From Minisyncoccota bacterium (GTDB lineage Bacteria > Patescibacteriota > Minisyncoccia > UBA6257 > JAGOQP01): DNA of 64,000 bases. The stretch lies in assembly GCA_017991375.1 (NCBI GenBank), contig JAGOQP010000003.1, positions 17,525 through 81,524 of the forward strand, written 5' to 3'. The position numbers were made by a program, and so were the translations under genes. Shown piece by piece: positions 30,868-40,782 of this stretch (its first letter is position 1; each line of letters begins with the position of its first letter). A model generated the notes under the pieces. The model did no database searches and was not told the origin of the DNA. It worked only from the letters and a program-made list of their open reading frames with translations.

Positions 30868-31758
30868 TTATGACAGAGATTTTCTTTTTATCCACTCAAT
30901 AAGAAAGAATACGCCGGTTATAACTGCCGGGCCCGCAATTAATACATACCAACTCCAATGACGATGAAGTCCCACCATCCATACGTAATAGAGCGCAAAA
31001 CCAAAAAACGCAATTGCGCCTACTAGAGGCTTTTTCCACGCAAATATAGTTGCGACAAGAACAACCAAAGGGATGATAAGATGGATAAGGCCGCCAAGAA
31101 TCATATTCCACCCGAGCGGTCCAGAAAACCCATCAAACGAGAATAAAAGCAAAAATCCGACAAACAATAGGGCTAGTATTCGTGGTGTCCAATAAAGTAA
31201 CGAATTATGCATAGTAGTGTGTGTAAGATGTGTGTGATGAGTATTGTCCCATTGAATGATTCGTTTGTTAAGTAGGGGAGAAAAATGATTTTTGTATCGT
31301 TTTTGGACTTCGGGTAATTTCCAATCTTCTCCAGTAATTTGTTTTCTGCACATAGGGGAATCGCACTGGCATTTCCATGACGATCGGTAGTCGCCATCAT
31401 CTTCCCAAAGAGCATAATCAGAAGTAATTTCCTCGCCGCTTGCGATAGCGCGCTTTGCGACGAGAGTGTATGTATCACTCATCCAGGTATTTGCGTCGCA
31501 GGAATGGTTGATAAAATAGCCTCGATCGACACCCCGATCTTCAACACTAAATACATCATCATCCCATTGTATTGCCAGTTTTCCACCAACCGTTTTTGCC
31601 TTTAGGGCTTCTTCTTTGTTGACGTAGTTTCCTCCCCACACAATTACTTTTTCTCCTGGGGCAATATTTTCAACAGCAAAAAGCCCCTTGCCGTATTTCT
31701 TGGTTTCTCGTAGTTCTATTTTTGGGCTTATCCAATCTTCTTGCGAGGGAGTAGTCAT
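30868..31758 (-). CDS. SET-domain protein fused to a C-terminal multi-TM domain
   Basis: N-terminal GKGLFAVENIAPGE...RGYFINHSCDANTW...EEITSDY plus post-SET CQCDSPMC; the C-terminal half has 4-5 hydrophobic helices. Confidence 0.7.
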   Translation of the reverse strand: MTTPSQEDWISPKIELRETKKYGKGLFAVENIAPGEKVIVWGGNYVNKEEALKAKTVGGKLAIQWDDDVFSVEDRGVDRGYFINHSCDANTWMSDTYTLVAKRAIASGEEITSDYALWEDDGDYRSSWKCQCDSPMCRKQITGEDWKLPEVQKRYKNHFSPLLNKRIIQWDNTHHTHLTHTTMHNSLLYWTPRILALLFVGFLLLFSFDGFSGPLGWNMILGGLIHLIIPLVVLVATIFAWKKPLVGAIAFFGFALYYVWMVGLHRHWSWYVLIAGPAVITGVFFLIEWIKRKSLS

Positions 31759-31817
31759 GGCGGTTTTGTGATGTGCTTTGATTGTTTCTAATTAAAAATT
31801 CTTTTTAAAATACGCAC

Positions 31818-32756
31818 CTATCTTGGAAAATCTTCCATTTTCATCTCATCTTTTAATTGTTGCAATTTCTTTCGCATATCGCGATCATTAGGTTGCTCTT
31901 CTTTAATACTGTCTTGAAACTCATTCTTTTCGTCGCTATCCTCAGTAGATGGGGGATTGAGCATATTCCGCGCTTTTTCAAGAAGCTTATATTCTTTGGC
32001 GATTTCCATGCCTTTTTCATTATCAACTCCACCACACTCAAATTTGAAATTTCCAGAAAAACTAAATCCTATTCCAGAAGAACCTGCTGAACAAGATTTT
32101 TCAATTGAAAAATAATCAGGGGTGCTAAAAGCATCACCTAGAGAGAAAGCCGAGCAAAACGTTTTTGCGTCTCCTGTTGTTATGTCAACAGTCTCCTGAG
32201 TAAATCCCATCACAGTCCCTTTGCTTTTTGTCTCTATAACTACCCAATCATTCCTCTTTCTTTCTGGAGCGGGGTATATGAGCTTAGCATTATAATCAAT
32301 TCTAACTGGCGCGGTAAACGGGTTATAGTACTCAACCATCAACCCGCTCTCCTCTATGTCAACCGTCCCTTCTCCAATAGAGGCCTCTACATGCCCTGTG
32401 CCGGAGTAGGTATAACGGATTTTTCTCCCCAAAATAAATAATTTATTTTTTTCCTTATCAAAGACGTTTATATCCTCTGAAATATATTCAATAGAGCCTT
32501 TTTCATTACCAAGCACCGAGCTGGTGTATGGGCCTTTTATTTCTTCTTGGCTTTGACAAAAAGAGTACTTATCTTCATCGGCAAAATCTTCAAAACGCGA
32601 TTCTTCAAGTGTTTCGCGTGTTTCTTCATCTAATTGCAAATCGCCCTGTCTTCGAGTAGCTTCTTCAAAGCCAGAGTTATTCAAAAACACTCCAGTAGCA
32701 ATAGCGCCACCTACAACAACTATGGCTCCGCCAATAAGGAGGGTGTTTTTGCCCAT
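31818..32756 (-). CDS. membrane-anchored hypothetical protein
   Basis: N-terminal TM helix GGAIVVVGGAIATGVFL; acidic extracellular body; 312 aa. Confidence 0.55.
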   Translation of the reverse strand: MGKNTLLIGGAIVVVGGAIATGVFLNNSGFEEATRRQGDLQLDEETRETLEESRFEDFADEDKYSFCQSQEEIKGPYTSSVLGNEKGSIEYISEDINVFDKEKNKLFILGRKIRYTYSGTGHVEASIGEGTVDIEESGLMVEYYNPFTAPVRIDYNAKLIYPAPERKRNDWVVIETKSKGTVMGFTQETVDITTGDAKTFCSAFSLGDAFSTPDYFSIEKSCSAGSSGIGFSFSGNFKFECGGVDNEKGMEIAKEYKLLEKARNMLNPPSTEDSDEKNEFQDSIKEEQPNDRDMRKKLQQLKDEMKMEDFPR

Positions 32757-32759
32757 ATA

Positions 32760-33266
32760 TTACAATCCACAGGCGTTAGTAAAAGATTCGCAGTCAAAGG
32801 CGTCAATCATGCAATTAATTTTATTCGCGCTCCAAGATGAGCATTCTTTCATGCAAGAATTCAGACCATCCGCAAACAATGCCTCGGTTGCATTGGGAAC
32901 AAGGGTTAGGCATTTGCCAACATAACTTCCACATGCCGCCTCGCACCCGCTTGCATTCTTATCAACTGTTTTTGGAGCTATTGCTTCTGGAATTAACATG
33001 TCGGCAATCAAATCGGGTCGCGAAGTTATTTGTTCGCAACTTTTAGATTCTTTTAAATGCTTCTTTGATTCTTCGCTTACCTTTGAGCAGGCGTTATTGC
33101 AGGTTCTTTCATTTACCAACGAAGGACAAGTTTGGCTGGCTGCTTGGCAAACATCTTTGCACGCAAGATCGCCCTGACTTGCCGATTTATCTGTTGTAAG
33201 TAAAAGGACTCCACCTCCAACCACCACTACCGCCAACAAAGCTCCTAAAACAATTTTTATACTCAT
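32760..33266 (-). CDS. Cys-rich secreted or membrane-anchored protein
   Basis: N-terminal signal/anchor; about 18 Cys in 140 aa of mature region. Confidence 0.55.
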   Translation of the reverse strand: MSIKIVLGALLAVVVVGGGVLLLTTDKSASQGDLACKDVCQAASQTCPSLVNERTCNNACSKVSEESKKHLKESKSCEQITSRPDLIADMLIPEAIAPKTVDKNASGCEAACGSYVGKCLTLVPNATEALFADGLNSCMKECSSWSANKINCMIDAFDCESFTNACGL

Positions 33267-33613
33267 ATTTTTATATTAATTCTATCTATTCTACTAGTTT
33301 TTTGTGTTATTGGCGAATAAATAAGCTTCTATATACAGAAAATGAGTTACAATCACAAAATGTGATTCTTGGCGGTGACGATGCTCCGAAATTCGAATCA
33401 AAAAGGCGGCTCAAATTCAGGATTCTTGATAAAAGTATACAGGGATTACGAGCTATCTACAAAGTTCATCCAGAATGGTTTGGAATACCTAAACCGAAGT
33501 CTGATGGGGGTAAAAACGAGGTGGATTATTCTATATAAAATTTCCCCGATCCAGTGTACACACATCCCGCCCGCGAAGGGCAGAAGGGATCGCGGGCGGG
33601 GCTCCCTAGAGAT

Positions 33614-35572
33614 TCAAGATTTAATTCCAAAAATTCTTAACAATTCACTACCGACGACCACATTTGGTAAATGTTGTGTGACCTCTCCGAAAAAAGGGCT
33701 TGCTTGTGTTCGCGCACTTCTGCCTCGTTGTCCTCCCATTATTCTGACATTCAATTTCATAGCCACACCAAAATCTATATCTCTAAACGACGACAATATC
33801 AGCGTCTGTTTTGGGCGCGTAATTGCGACGAAGAAAAGTCTTTTTGCTTCAGCTCGTAGACGATCTAACTCCGCTGTCTGGTTCTCGTTGATCAATTTCC
33901 GTTCATCTTTGATGGTCGGCACAAGACCTGCTACACATCCGATTACAAAGACTACTTTTGACGTTAGTCCCTTAGACTTGTGTAAGCTCATTATCCGTAC
34001 ATATCCTGCATCATTTGTAACCTCTGGAGAGCGAATTCTATCTTGCAGTTTAGTAAAAAAGGTTTTCAAATCCATCTCCTCATCAATTTTTATAGTATCA
34101 ATTATGCTCAATAAAACTTCTATATCAGAGGGGTCAGTCCGATCAAATAACGATGCGACGATTTCAGTAACACTCTTGCCATCGAGACTCGTTTTGACAG
34201 ATTCAATATCATCATATCGTCTGACGATTTCGTCTGAGCGCGAAATAGCAATTGTTCCGGCTTTAATATCCAGGATGACTTCTTTTGGTGTCTTGTTTAG
34301 CTCCTCTGCTTTTAGGAGAATTTTTTCGTATGTTCCTTGCAAAACCGTCGGCATACCAAGAAGCGCGCGCAAAGCAATGCGGTCATCAGGGTAAGCAATA
34401 TAATTTAATAAAGAGTAAGCCCTTTTTGCCTTTTCCGTATCCAACGCTTCTTCTTGAAAAAATGTGTTTGAATTGATTGCGAAAGAAGATTTTAATTCAT
34501 CCCTAAGCGCATAGCCCAACTGACGGCGCGGAGAAAGTATCAGTATGTCTTCGGCTCGTACTTCGCGTGTAGCATCTGAAATCATAGCGCTTACAATTTT
34601 TGCTGTTCCTTTTGTTTCCTCATCGATGTTGTTCCACTGGACTGCATGAACCTCACCTTCGCCATTTTCAGGATGTTCACCGAGTTTCTTAGGGTGTTCG
34701 CCTAAAAAGTAACCCATCAATTCATTTGCCAGGCGGACTACTTTTTTCGGGCATCGACGACAAATCTGAAGACTTATATCCTCAAGGGGATTGTGAGTCG
34801 TCGGAAATTCTATAATTCCGTCGGGGTGAGCGTGTTTAAAACTGTAGATGGACTGATCGTCGTCGCCGATAACCAAAAGCTCTCCATTGCTTGCAAATAG
34901 ATCAATAAGCGATTGCTCCGCTTTGTTAAGGTCTTGGTATTCATCAACCAAAATATAGTCGTACTGATTTAATTCTTGAGCGGTAGGATTGTTTCTTAGA
35001 TAATCGTATGTGATTGGCACAAGTTCACCAATAAGCATCGCTCTATGAATACTCAGCCAACGCAAAAGTCGAGTCTTAAATCTTGCATCATCAGCAGATT
35101 GAATTACTCCCGGGGTGTCTTGCTGTTGTCGTGCAAACGCACTTTCGTACGCTAATAGTAATTTTTCAGTATTTCTTTTTCCATTAAAATCTCCCTTGAG
35201 ATCTTCCAAAAGAAAATTCGTTTCAAAATCCATCAAAGGGCGCGGAGTTCGATTCGTTATTTCTAGCACTTGCTGTCTTCGAAGTATTTCAAAACAAAGA
35301 CTATGCAATGTGCGTGCGCGAACATTTTCCGCGCCAGGGGTCTGAGCCGCCGCCAAGTCTTTCTTTAGTGCATCAGCCGCCACATTCGTGAAAGTAACAA
35401 CGAGTATGCGAGATGGGTCTTTTCCTTCCTCCAAAAGTCGCATTACTTTCCTTTGCAAAGCATAACTTTTCCCCGTTCCGGGTCCGGCGAGAACACGCAT
35501 CGCCGATCCTTGATGGCTCGCGATTCGTAAGTGATTTCCGTCAATGTCCTGATTCCATTTAGGCATAGTCAT
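33614..35572 (-). CDS. UvrD/Rep-family (SF1) DNA helicase
   Basis: GPGTGKS (Walker A), VDEYQD, SLHKSKGL, VAITRPK motifs. The start overlaps the upstream hsdMS stop by 14 nt. Confidence 0.85.
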   Translation of the reverse strand: MTMPKWNQDIDGNHLRIASHQGSAMRVLAGPGTGKSYALQRKVMRLLEEGKDPSRILVVTFTNVAADALKKDLAAAQTPGAENVRARTLHSLCFEILRRQQVLEITNRTPRPLMDFETNFLLEDLKGDFNGKRNTEKLLLAYESAFARQQQDTPGVIQSADDARFKTRLLRWLSIHRAMLIGELVPITYDYLRNNPTAQELNQYDYILVDEYQDLNKAEQSLIDLFASNGELLVIGDDDQSIYSFKHAHPDGIIEFPTTHNPLEDISLQICRRCPKKVVRLANELMGYFLGEHPKKLGEHPENGEGEVHAVQWNNIDEETKGTAKIVSAMISDATREVRAEDILILSPRRQLGYALRDELKSSFAINSNTFFQEEALDTEKAKRAYSLLNYIAYPDDRIALRALLGMPTVLQGTYEKILLKAEELNKTPKEVILDIKAGTIAISRSDEIVRRYDDIESVKTSLDGKSVTEIVASLFDRTDPSDIEVLLSIIDTIKIDEEMDLKTFFTKLQDRIRSPEVTNDAGYVRIMSLHKSKGLTSKVVFVIGCVAGLVPTIKDERKLINENQTAELDRLRAEAKRLFFVAITRPKQTLILSSFRDIDFGVAMKLNVRIMGGQRGRSARTQASPFFGEVTQHLPNVVVGSELLRIFGIKS

Positions 35573-38027
35573 TCAAAACTCCGGAGATTTTCTTTTCCAT
35601 CGCTTCAATCAGATTGCGATTTGAGGCGATAATTTCTTCCTCTTTTTCCATTTCCTCGACCATTTGTTCTTGGACTTCGAGAGGCGGGAGCGGGATTTTT
35701 AGATCTTTGATTTGCTTAATCGTGTACTGTTGTAATGTTGCACCTCCTTGCTCCGTCTTAATCTTTCCTTGAATATCTTCAGAGTTTAAAATGTGCAAAA
35801 GAAATCTCGGCAAAATCTGCTCCTTTGATCTAAGCCAAGCCAATTGAGAATTAAGATTTGCGGAATCATACTCTTTATCAATTATTGCCACTTTCCCAAT
35901 TTCTCCACGATTAGAAAAAATAACATCATTCGTTTTGAGATGTCCCTTCTTTAGTTTGTTATGTTTTTCTTCGCTTATGAATTTCATGTCCGTAGAATCA
36001 ATTTTCAAATTCTGAATATTTGTCGCACGAATAAAAGGTACTCCTTGGTTGACCATTTCAGATGATTTTGGATAGTTCGAAGAATGGTTTCCGTCTCCTA
36101 CTTCACAAATGTCACCAATTTTTGCCATGGGAATATCACCTAATTTTCTAAGCGACTGGCCAAAATATCGTCTCTCTCTCTCTAGATTTTCGATGATTGC
36201 TTTCGCGTGCTCGATGGCGTTCTGCTTGACCTCAATCCGCTCAACGATTTCTTTCTGCACCTCAATCGGCGGGAGCGGGATTTTTGTATCCTTTAGTTTT
36301 GAGAAATGCCTCTTGTAACCGTCTGATTCAATCGGTTTTAATTTAAGATAGAAGTATAGATACTTAGGTAGAAGTTCGTCATTTGTTTTGATTATCTTAA
36401 TTCCATCAGCCCCTTGAGCAAACGGCTGTTCAAGATATTTAACCGCACAGGTATGATCACCAAAAATCACAAGAGGATTATTTGCATTGACTAGCGCAGA
36501 CTCATCGTCAGTCCATCCCGAAATTTCTTCTTGTGATTGATCAATAATCGGATATTTACCATTATTACCAAATTCACTTTTTTGAATCTTTGTTGGTGGA
36601 GTAATTGTCTCTATCAACTCACCAATTTTTCTAACAGGCCACTTCTGATTTTTCTGCTCGCCAAGATTATCCAGCCGATATCGTTCCGCCGAAAGGTTAT
36701 AGTCGCCACTTTGCGCTATTTGCTCTTTTGATATTTCATACGCAAAAAGACTATTTTCCTGAAGCCACGGGTTTTTCATTCCCGTTTCAATCGCTATTCT
36801 TTGCCCCTTGAGCACTTTTGTCGCGTCTACTTCGTTATCGGGGCGGACGAGATCATTTCTATCAATCGGTCGGCGCTGTGCGCCAAGATCAAAGCCGTCA
36901 TTCAAAACCCGCACGAATAAAATCTTATCCGTCTTTTTTGCGACCGTATTATCAAAAAAGAGAATACTCGTTTTTACGCCCGCATACGGATTGAACACGC
37001 CCTGCGGAAGCGACACGACTGCAAACAAGCCGTCCTCAACCAGAATCTTTCGAAGCTGTTTATACGCTCCAGACGACTGGAAAATAATGCCCTCCGGCAC
37101 GATGATACCGGCGCGTCCATTTGGGCGCAGATGCTCCTTGATGTAATCAACGAAAAGCACCTCCGCGCGGTTTGCCTGCACGGAAAATCGCTTGTGCGGG
37201 CGAATACCGCCTTGTGGAGACATAAACGGCGGATTCGCCATAATGACATCAAAACTTTCATCCCATTTCTCATCGCTTGAGAGCGTGTCGTATTCAAAAA
37301 TCTTTGGCTCGGCGAAGCCATGCAAATACATATTCACTTTTGAGAGCTTTACCATGTCGGGCGAAATATCGTAGCCGACAAGATTATTCATCAATTTTTT
37401 CTTTTCGTCCGGAGTGAGGGGTTTGTCTTTTTGCTGTTTGAGAATGTTTTTGTATGCACTGATGAGGAAGCCAGCCGTACCGCACGCAGGGTCGAGAATC
37501 GTGTCGCCCTTTTTCGGCTCAATAACATCAACGATAAAGTCGATGATATGCCGAGGCGTGCGGAATTGCCCCGCATCGCCCTGCGAGCCGAGAATCGAGA
37601 GGAGATATTCAAAAGCGTTGCCGAGTTCTTCGCTGTGGTTGTAAGTGAAGCCGTTTATTTCTTTCAAAAAGAGCGTGAGCGTTTCGGGGCTTCGATACGG
37701 CAGAAAAGCATCTTTGAAAATATCGCGGAACAATTGCGGGATGTGCGGGTTTTGCGACATTCGCGCGACGGCTTCGCCGTACAGCTCCAATCGCTCATGT
37801 CCGCCAAGCTTTGGGTCAAGTAATTTCGTCCATGCGTACTTTTGAAAACCGTTGGTGAAAAATCGCGCCTTGCCACCAAGCTCGATAGCTTCCTTGTCCA
37901 TATCATCCATAAATTTATAGATGAGTGCGGTCGTGATTTGCTCAACCTGTGCTTTTGGGTCAGGGACTTTACCGACAAGAATTTGCCGAGCGGAATCTAT
38001 TTTTCGTTTTGTTTCTTGGGTAAGCAT
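35559..38027 (-). CDS. type I restriction-modification fused methyltransferase-specificity subunit (HsdM-HsdS fusion)
   Basis: N-terminal HsdM: FRTPRHIIDFIV, DPACGTAGFL, ANPPF motif IV. The C-terminal roughly 380 aa has two TRD-like regions, each ending with the HsdS conserved repeat (IPLPPIEVQKEIVERIE and IPLPPLEVQEQMVEEME). Confidence 0.8.
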   Translation of the reverse strand: MLTQETKRKIDSARQILVGKVPDPKAQVEQITTALIYKFMDDMDKEAIELGGKARFFTNGFQKYAWTKLLDPKLGGHERLELYGEAVARMSQNPHIPQLFRDIFKDAFLPYRSPETLTLFLKEINGFTYNHSEELGNAFEYLLSILGSQGDAGQFRTPRHIIDFIVDVIEPKKGDTILDPACGTAGFLISAYKNILKQQKDKPLTPDEKKKLMNNLVGYDISPDMVKLSKVNMYLHGFAEPKIFEYDTLSSDEKWDESFDVIMANPPFMSPQGGIRPHKRFSVQANRAEVLFVDYIKEHLRPNGRAGIIVPEGIIFQSSGAYKQLRKILVEDGLFAVVSLPQGVFNPYAGVKTSILFFDNTVAKKTDKILFVRVLNDGFDLGAQRRPIDRNDLVRPDNEVDATKVLKGQRIAIETGMKNPWLQENSLFAYEISKEQIAQSGDYNLSAERYRLDNLGEQKNQKWPVRKIGELIETITPPTKIQKSEFGNNGKYPIIDQSQEEISGWTDDESALVNANNPLVIFGDHTCAVKYLEQPFAQGADGIKIIKTNDELLPKYLYFYLKLKPIESDGYKRHFSKLKDTKIPLPPIEVQKEIVERIEVKQNAIEHAKAIIENLERERRYFGQSLRKLGDIPMAKIGDICEVGDGNHSSNYPKSSEMVNQGVPFIRATNIQNLKIDSTDMKFISEEKHNKLKKGHLKTNDVIFSNRGEIGKVAIIDKEYDSANLNSQLAWLRSKEQILPRFLLHILNSEDIQGKIKTEQGGATLQQYTIKQIKDLKIPLPPLEVQEQMVEEMEKEEEIIASNRNLIEAMEKKISGVLNDYA

Positions 38028-38030
38028 AAA

Positions 38031-40586
38031 TTACATGAATGTATTCACGGAGACATAGTCTTTCACATATTCGGGAATAACTTCGCGGAAGCCGTTCAGT
38101 TCTTTGTAGTCCGCCATTGAAACTTTCGGATTTGTTGCGAATCGACCATATTCCTTTGACTCCACAATTTCCCGAATCTCGTTGTCGGTGATGTATGCCT
38201 TGAGGAAATTCTTGATCGGGTAGTAATACTTGCTGTCCGGCCTGTAGATGGAGATAAACTTTTCAAACTCCTCCTCAAGAAGCTCGTCCTTATTCTTGAA
38301 TTTATCAAGGCGACCGAATACGCGATCTATGACTTCCCGCAAAGAAAGGCGGCGGTCTACTTTTGCAGATTTTCGCAGTTTCTCTAGGTTGTAGAAGTCC
38401 TCGGGCTTGTCGAAGATTTCAGTCTTCACATACTCCTCGATGGCTTGCATGTCGCCCTGCACGTATTTTTCTTTTACGAAACTGTCGGACTTGAGTACAT
38501 CCTCAAATTTCTCAAAAAGTTTGCGATCTACTTTCATTCCCTCAACACCAATCGCTTTTTCGTTGAAAGTCTTTAGCGGGTCAGGGGTTCCGATAACTAC
38601 TTCATCAATATCAATCGGCTCTCCGCCTGTTCCACCAGTGCCTACTTTCGGCACTTTTAGAACTTCGTCGTAATTAAACTTTTCCTCGAAATACTCGCAG
38701 TTGGCGAAAAAGTCGAACAGTTTGAATTTATCTTTTTCTGTCTTTGTTTCCTCCGCCTCTCCGTCCTCACGATGTTCAAATGAGAAATTGAATTTGCGAG
38801 TACCACGCCCTTTGATCTGTATGAAGTCAGTCGGCGAGAAAATCGGGCGCATAAGCCCAAGGTTCAAAATATCTTGGCAGTCATAGCCGGTCGTCATCAT
38901 GCCGACAGTAACGCAAACGCGCGTCTTGCTTGATTTATATCCATCAAGCCACTTCGTGTAGCCGTTCAGGTTGTTGTTTGCAAAATTGATAGTGAATTGC
39001 TGTGCGTCGGGAATATTTGAAGTAACTTGCACGGCAAAATCCGAATTGTATTTGCCCGGCCACATTTTGTCCGCAAGCTGGTTGAGCATTTGCGTGATTT
39101 TTGTCGCGTGTTTTTGGCTTACGCAATAGATAATGCCTTTGCCAATCTCTCCGCTTACTGGATCGGGGAGCGCGTTTTTGAGAAATGTTTCGCAGAAAAT
39201 CGTGTTTGTCTTGTCGGAGAAAAATTTCCTCTCAAAATCCGTTTGGTAAAAAGTCTGTTCCTCTTTGCCTTCCTCGGTGTCAATAATGAGCGAATATCCC
39301 TCGTCAGAGAGAAGTTGCGTAGTGATTTCCGTGCGCGCGTCAGCAACGACCGGATTGACCAAGAAGCCGTCTTTTACGCCATCGAGTAAACTGTAGCGGA
39401 AAGTCGGCTCGCCGTTTTCACAGCCGAAAGTTGTGTAAGTATCAAGGAGTTGGCGCCGCTCCCATGATCGCGGGTCTTTCTCATTCAATTTTGCAGGGTC
39501 TATGCCTTTAAGATAATTTCTAGGAGTAGCGGTGAGTCCGAGCTTGTAGCCGACAAAGTATTCAAAGACCGCACGGCTATTTCCACCGATTGAGCGATGG
39601 GCTTCGTCAGAAATGATGAGGTCAAAATCCGTTGGAGTGAAAAGTTTTTGGTATTTGTTGCCGGATGAAAGACTTTGTATCGTAGAAACGACAATCTCCG
39701 CCTTGCGCCAATCGTCTCGATTTTCTTTATAGATAACGGTCGTGTAATCCTTGGAAAGCCACTTTTTGAAATTTTTCGCCGCCTGATCTTCAAGCTCGAT
39801 GCGGTCTACGAGAAAGAGAATCCGTTTTGCATTTCCGGTCTTGAGAAAGAGCTTGATAACGGCGGCGCAGGTAAGGGTCTTTCCAGTTCCCGTCGCCATC
39901 TCAAAGAGATAGCGATCTTTTCCGTTTTGCGCCCACGCTTGGAGTGCCTCGATAGCTTTTAGCTGATACGGGCGCAAAAATTTCAAGTCGTATTCCTTGA
40001 TCAGTTCTGATTTCTGCTTTTCATCTGTCCAGCGAGGGTCTTTTTGATAGACAGGGTTTTGGGTGAGTGCGATAAAATCGGGCGCGAGTTTTTCTTCGTT
40101 CAGCCTTTTTGAGTCCGGCTTGAAGGATTCAATATGCTTGAGTGATTCCGGCGTAGGGAAAACGGTAATAATTGACGGATTGCCTCGTTCCAAATCCCAA
40201 AAATAATGAATGTTGCCGTTCGAGAGAATAATGAATCGAACATTTTGAGACTGTGCATACCGGCGAGCTTGCTCTTTGCCGTTGAGTGGGTCTTTATCTT
40301 CTGATTTTGCTTCTAGCACGACATACGGAAAACCCTTTTCATCGAGCAAAAGAAAGTCGATAAAACCGTCCTTCGTTTTATCAAAATCGTTTCCAAATTC
40401 ATCAACGGCGGATTTTGTGAGCTTCACATTGTTTTCCAAAACAATATTCGCCACGCCGTTTTCATCGTCAAAAAACCTCCAGCCGGATACTTGAAGCAAG
40501 TTGTTTATTTTTATTCTTGATTTTGCTTCTTTTTGCATATAATTGGCTAAATAATCCTTATTTTGCTTGGGTTCAAACTTGGACAT
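38031..40586 (-). CDS. hsdR: type I restriction enzyme R subunit (HsdR)
   Basis: N-terminal PD-(D/E)xK core DFLLLDEKGFPYVVLEAK; SF2 helicase motifs MATGTGKT and IISDEAHRS; 851 aa. Confidence 0.85.
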   Translation of the reverse strand: MSKFEPKQNKDYLANYMQKEAKSRIKINNLLQVSGWRFFDDENGVANIVLENNVKLTKSAVDEFGNDFDKTKDGFIDFLLLDEKGFPYVVLEAKSEDKDPLNGKEQARRYAQSQNVRFIILSNGNIHYFWDLERGNPSIITVFPTPESLKHIESFKPDSKRLNEEKLAPDFIALTQNPVYQKDPRWTDEKQKSELIKEYDLKFLRPYQLKAIEALQAWAQNGKDRYLFEMATGTGKTLTCAAVIKLFLKTGNAKRILFLVDRIELEDQAAKNFKKWLSKDYTTVIYKENRDDWRKAEIVVSTIQSLSSGNKYQKLFTPTDFDLIISDEAHRSIGGNSRAVFEYFVGYKLGLTATPRNYLKGIDPAKLNEKDPRSWERRQLLDTYTTFGCENGEPTFRYSLLDGVKDGFLVNPVVADARTEITTQLLSDEGYSLIIDTEEGKEEQTFYQTDFERKFFSDKTNTIFCETFLKNALPDPVSGEIGKGIIYCVSQKHATKITQMLNQLADKMWPGKYNSDFAVQVTSNIPDAQQFTINFANNNLNGYTKWLDGYKSSKTRVCVTVGMMTTGYDCQDILNLGLMRPIFSPTDFIQIKGRGTRKFNFSFEHREDGEAEETKTEKDKFKLFDFFANCEYFEEKFNYDEVLKVPKVGTGGTGGEPIDIDEVVIGTPDPLKTFNEKAIGVEGMKVDRKLFEKFEDVLKSDSFVKEKYVQGDMQAIEEYVKTEIFDKPEDFYNLEKLRKSAKVDRRLSLREVIDRVFGRLDKFKNKDELLEEEFEKFISIYRPDSKYYYPIKNFLKAYITDNEIREIVESKEYGRFATNPKVSMADYKELNGFREVIPEYVKDYVSVNTFM

Positions 40587-40589
40587 CTG

Positions 40590-40607
40590 GCGGAGAGGGA
40601 GGGATTC
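40590..40607. repeat. 18-nt direct duplicate of the tRNA-Ser 3' end
   Basis: GCGGAGAGGGAGGGATTC is identical to 40782-40799, the 3' terminal portion of the tRNA. It lies 4 nt from the hsdR start. Confidence 0.85.
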
Positions 40608-40782
40608 TCCTTCGACTCTAGTATACGCCGTCGCGTATACTAGGTCTAGGCACCAACTCGCTGTATAATCTGCTGATTACACATGCTCCGTTGTTCGAAA
40701 TCCCCACAAGAGCCAAGCAGTTGGCTCTTTCCCTCTTCGTGCATAAAATCATCTCGCTTAATAACGAGAAATTTTATATGCG

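Noticed and set aside
33369-34394. 341-aa plus-strand ORF
   Set aside because: It is antisense to the well-supported UvrD-like helicase gene and has low-complexity, Ser/Arg-rich composition.
36808-37978. Several 60-130 aa ORFs on both strands
   Set aside because: All are embedded in or antisense to the hsdM-hsdS fusion gene.
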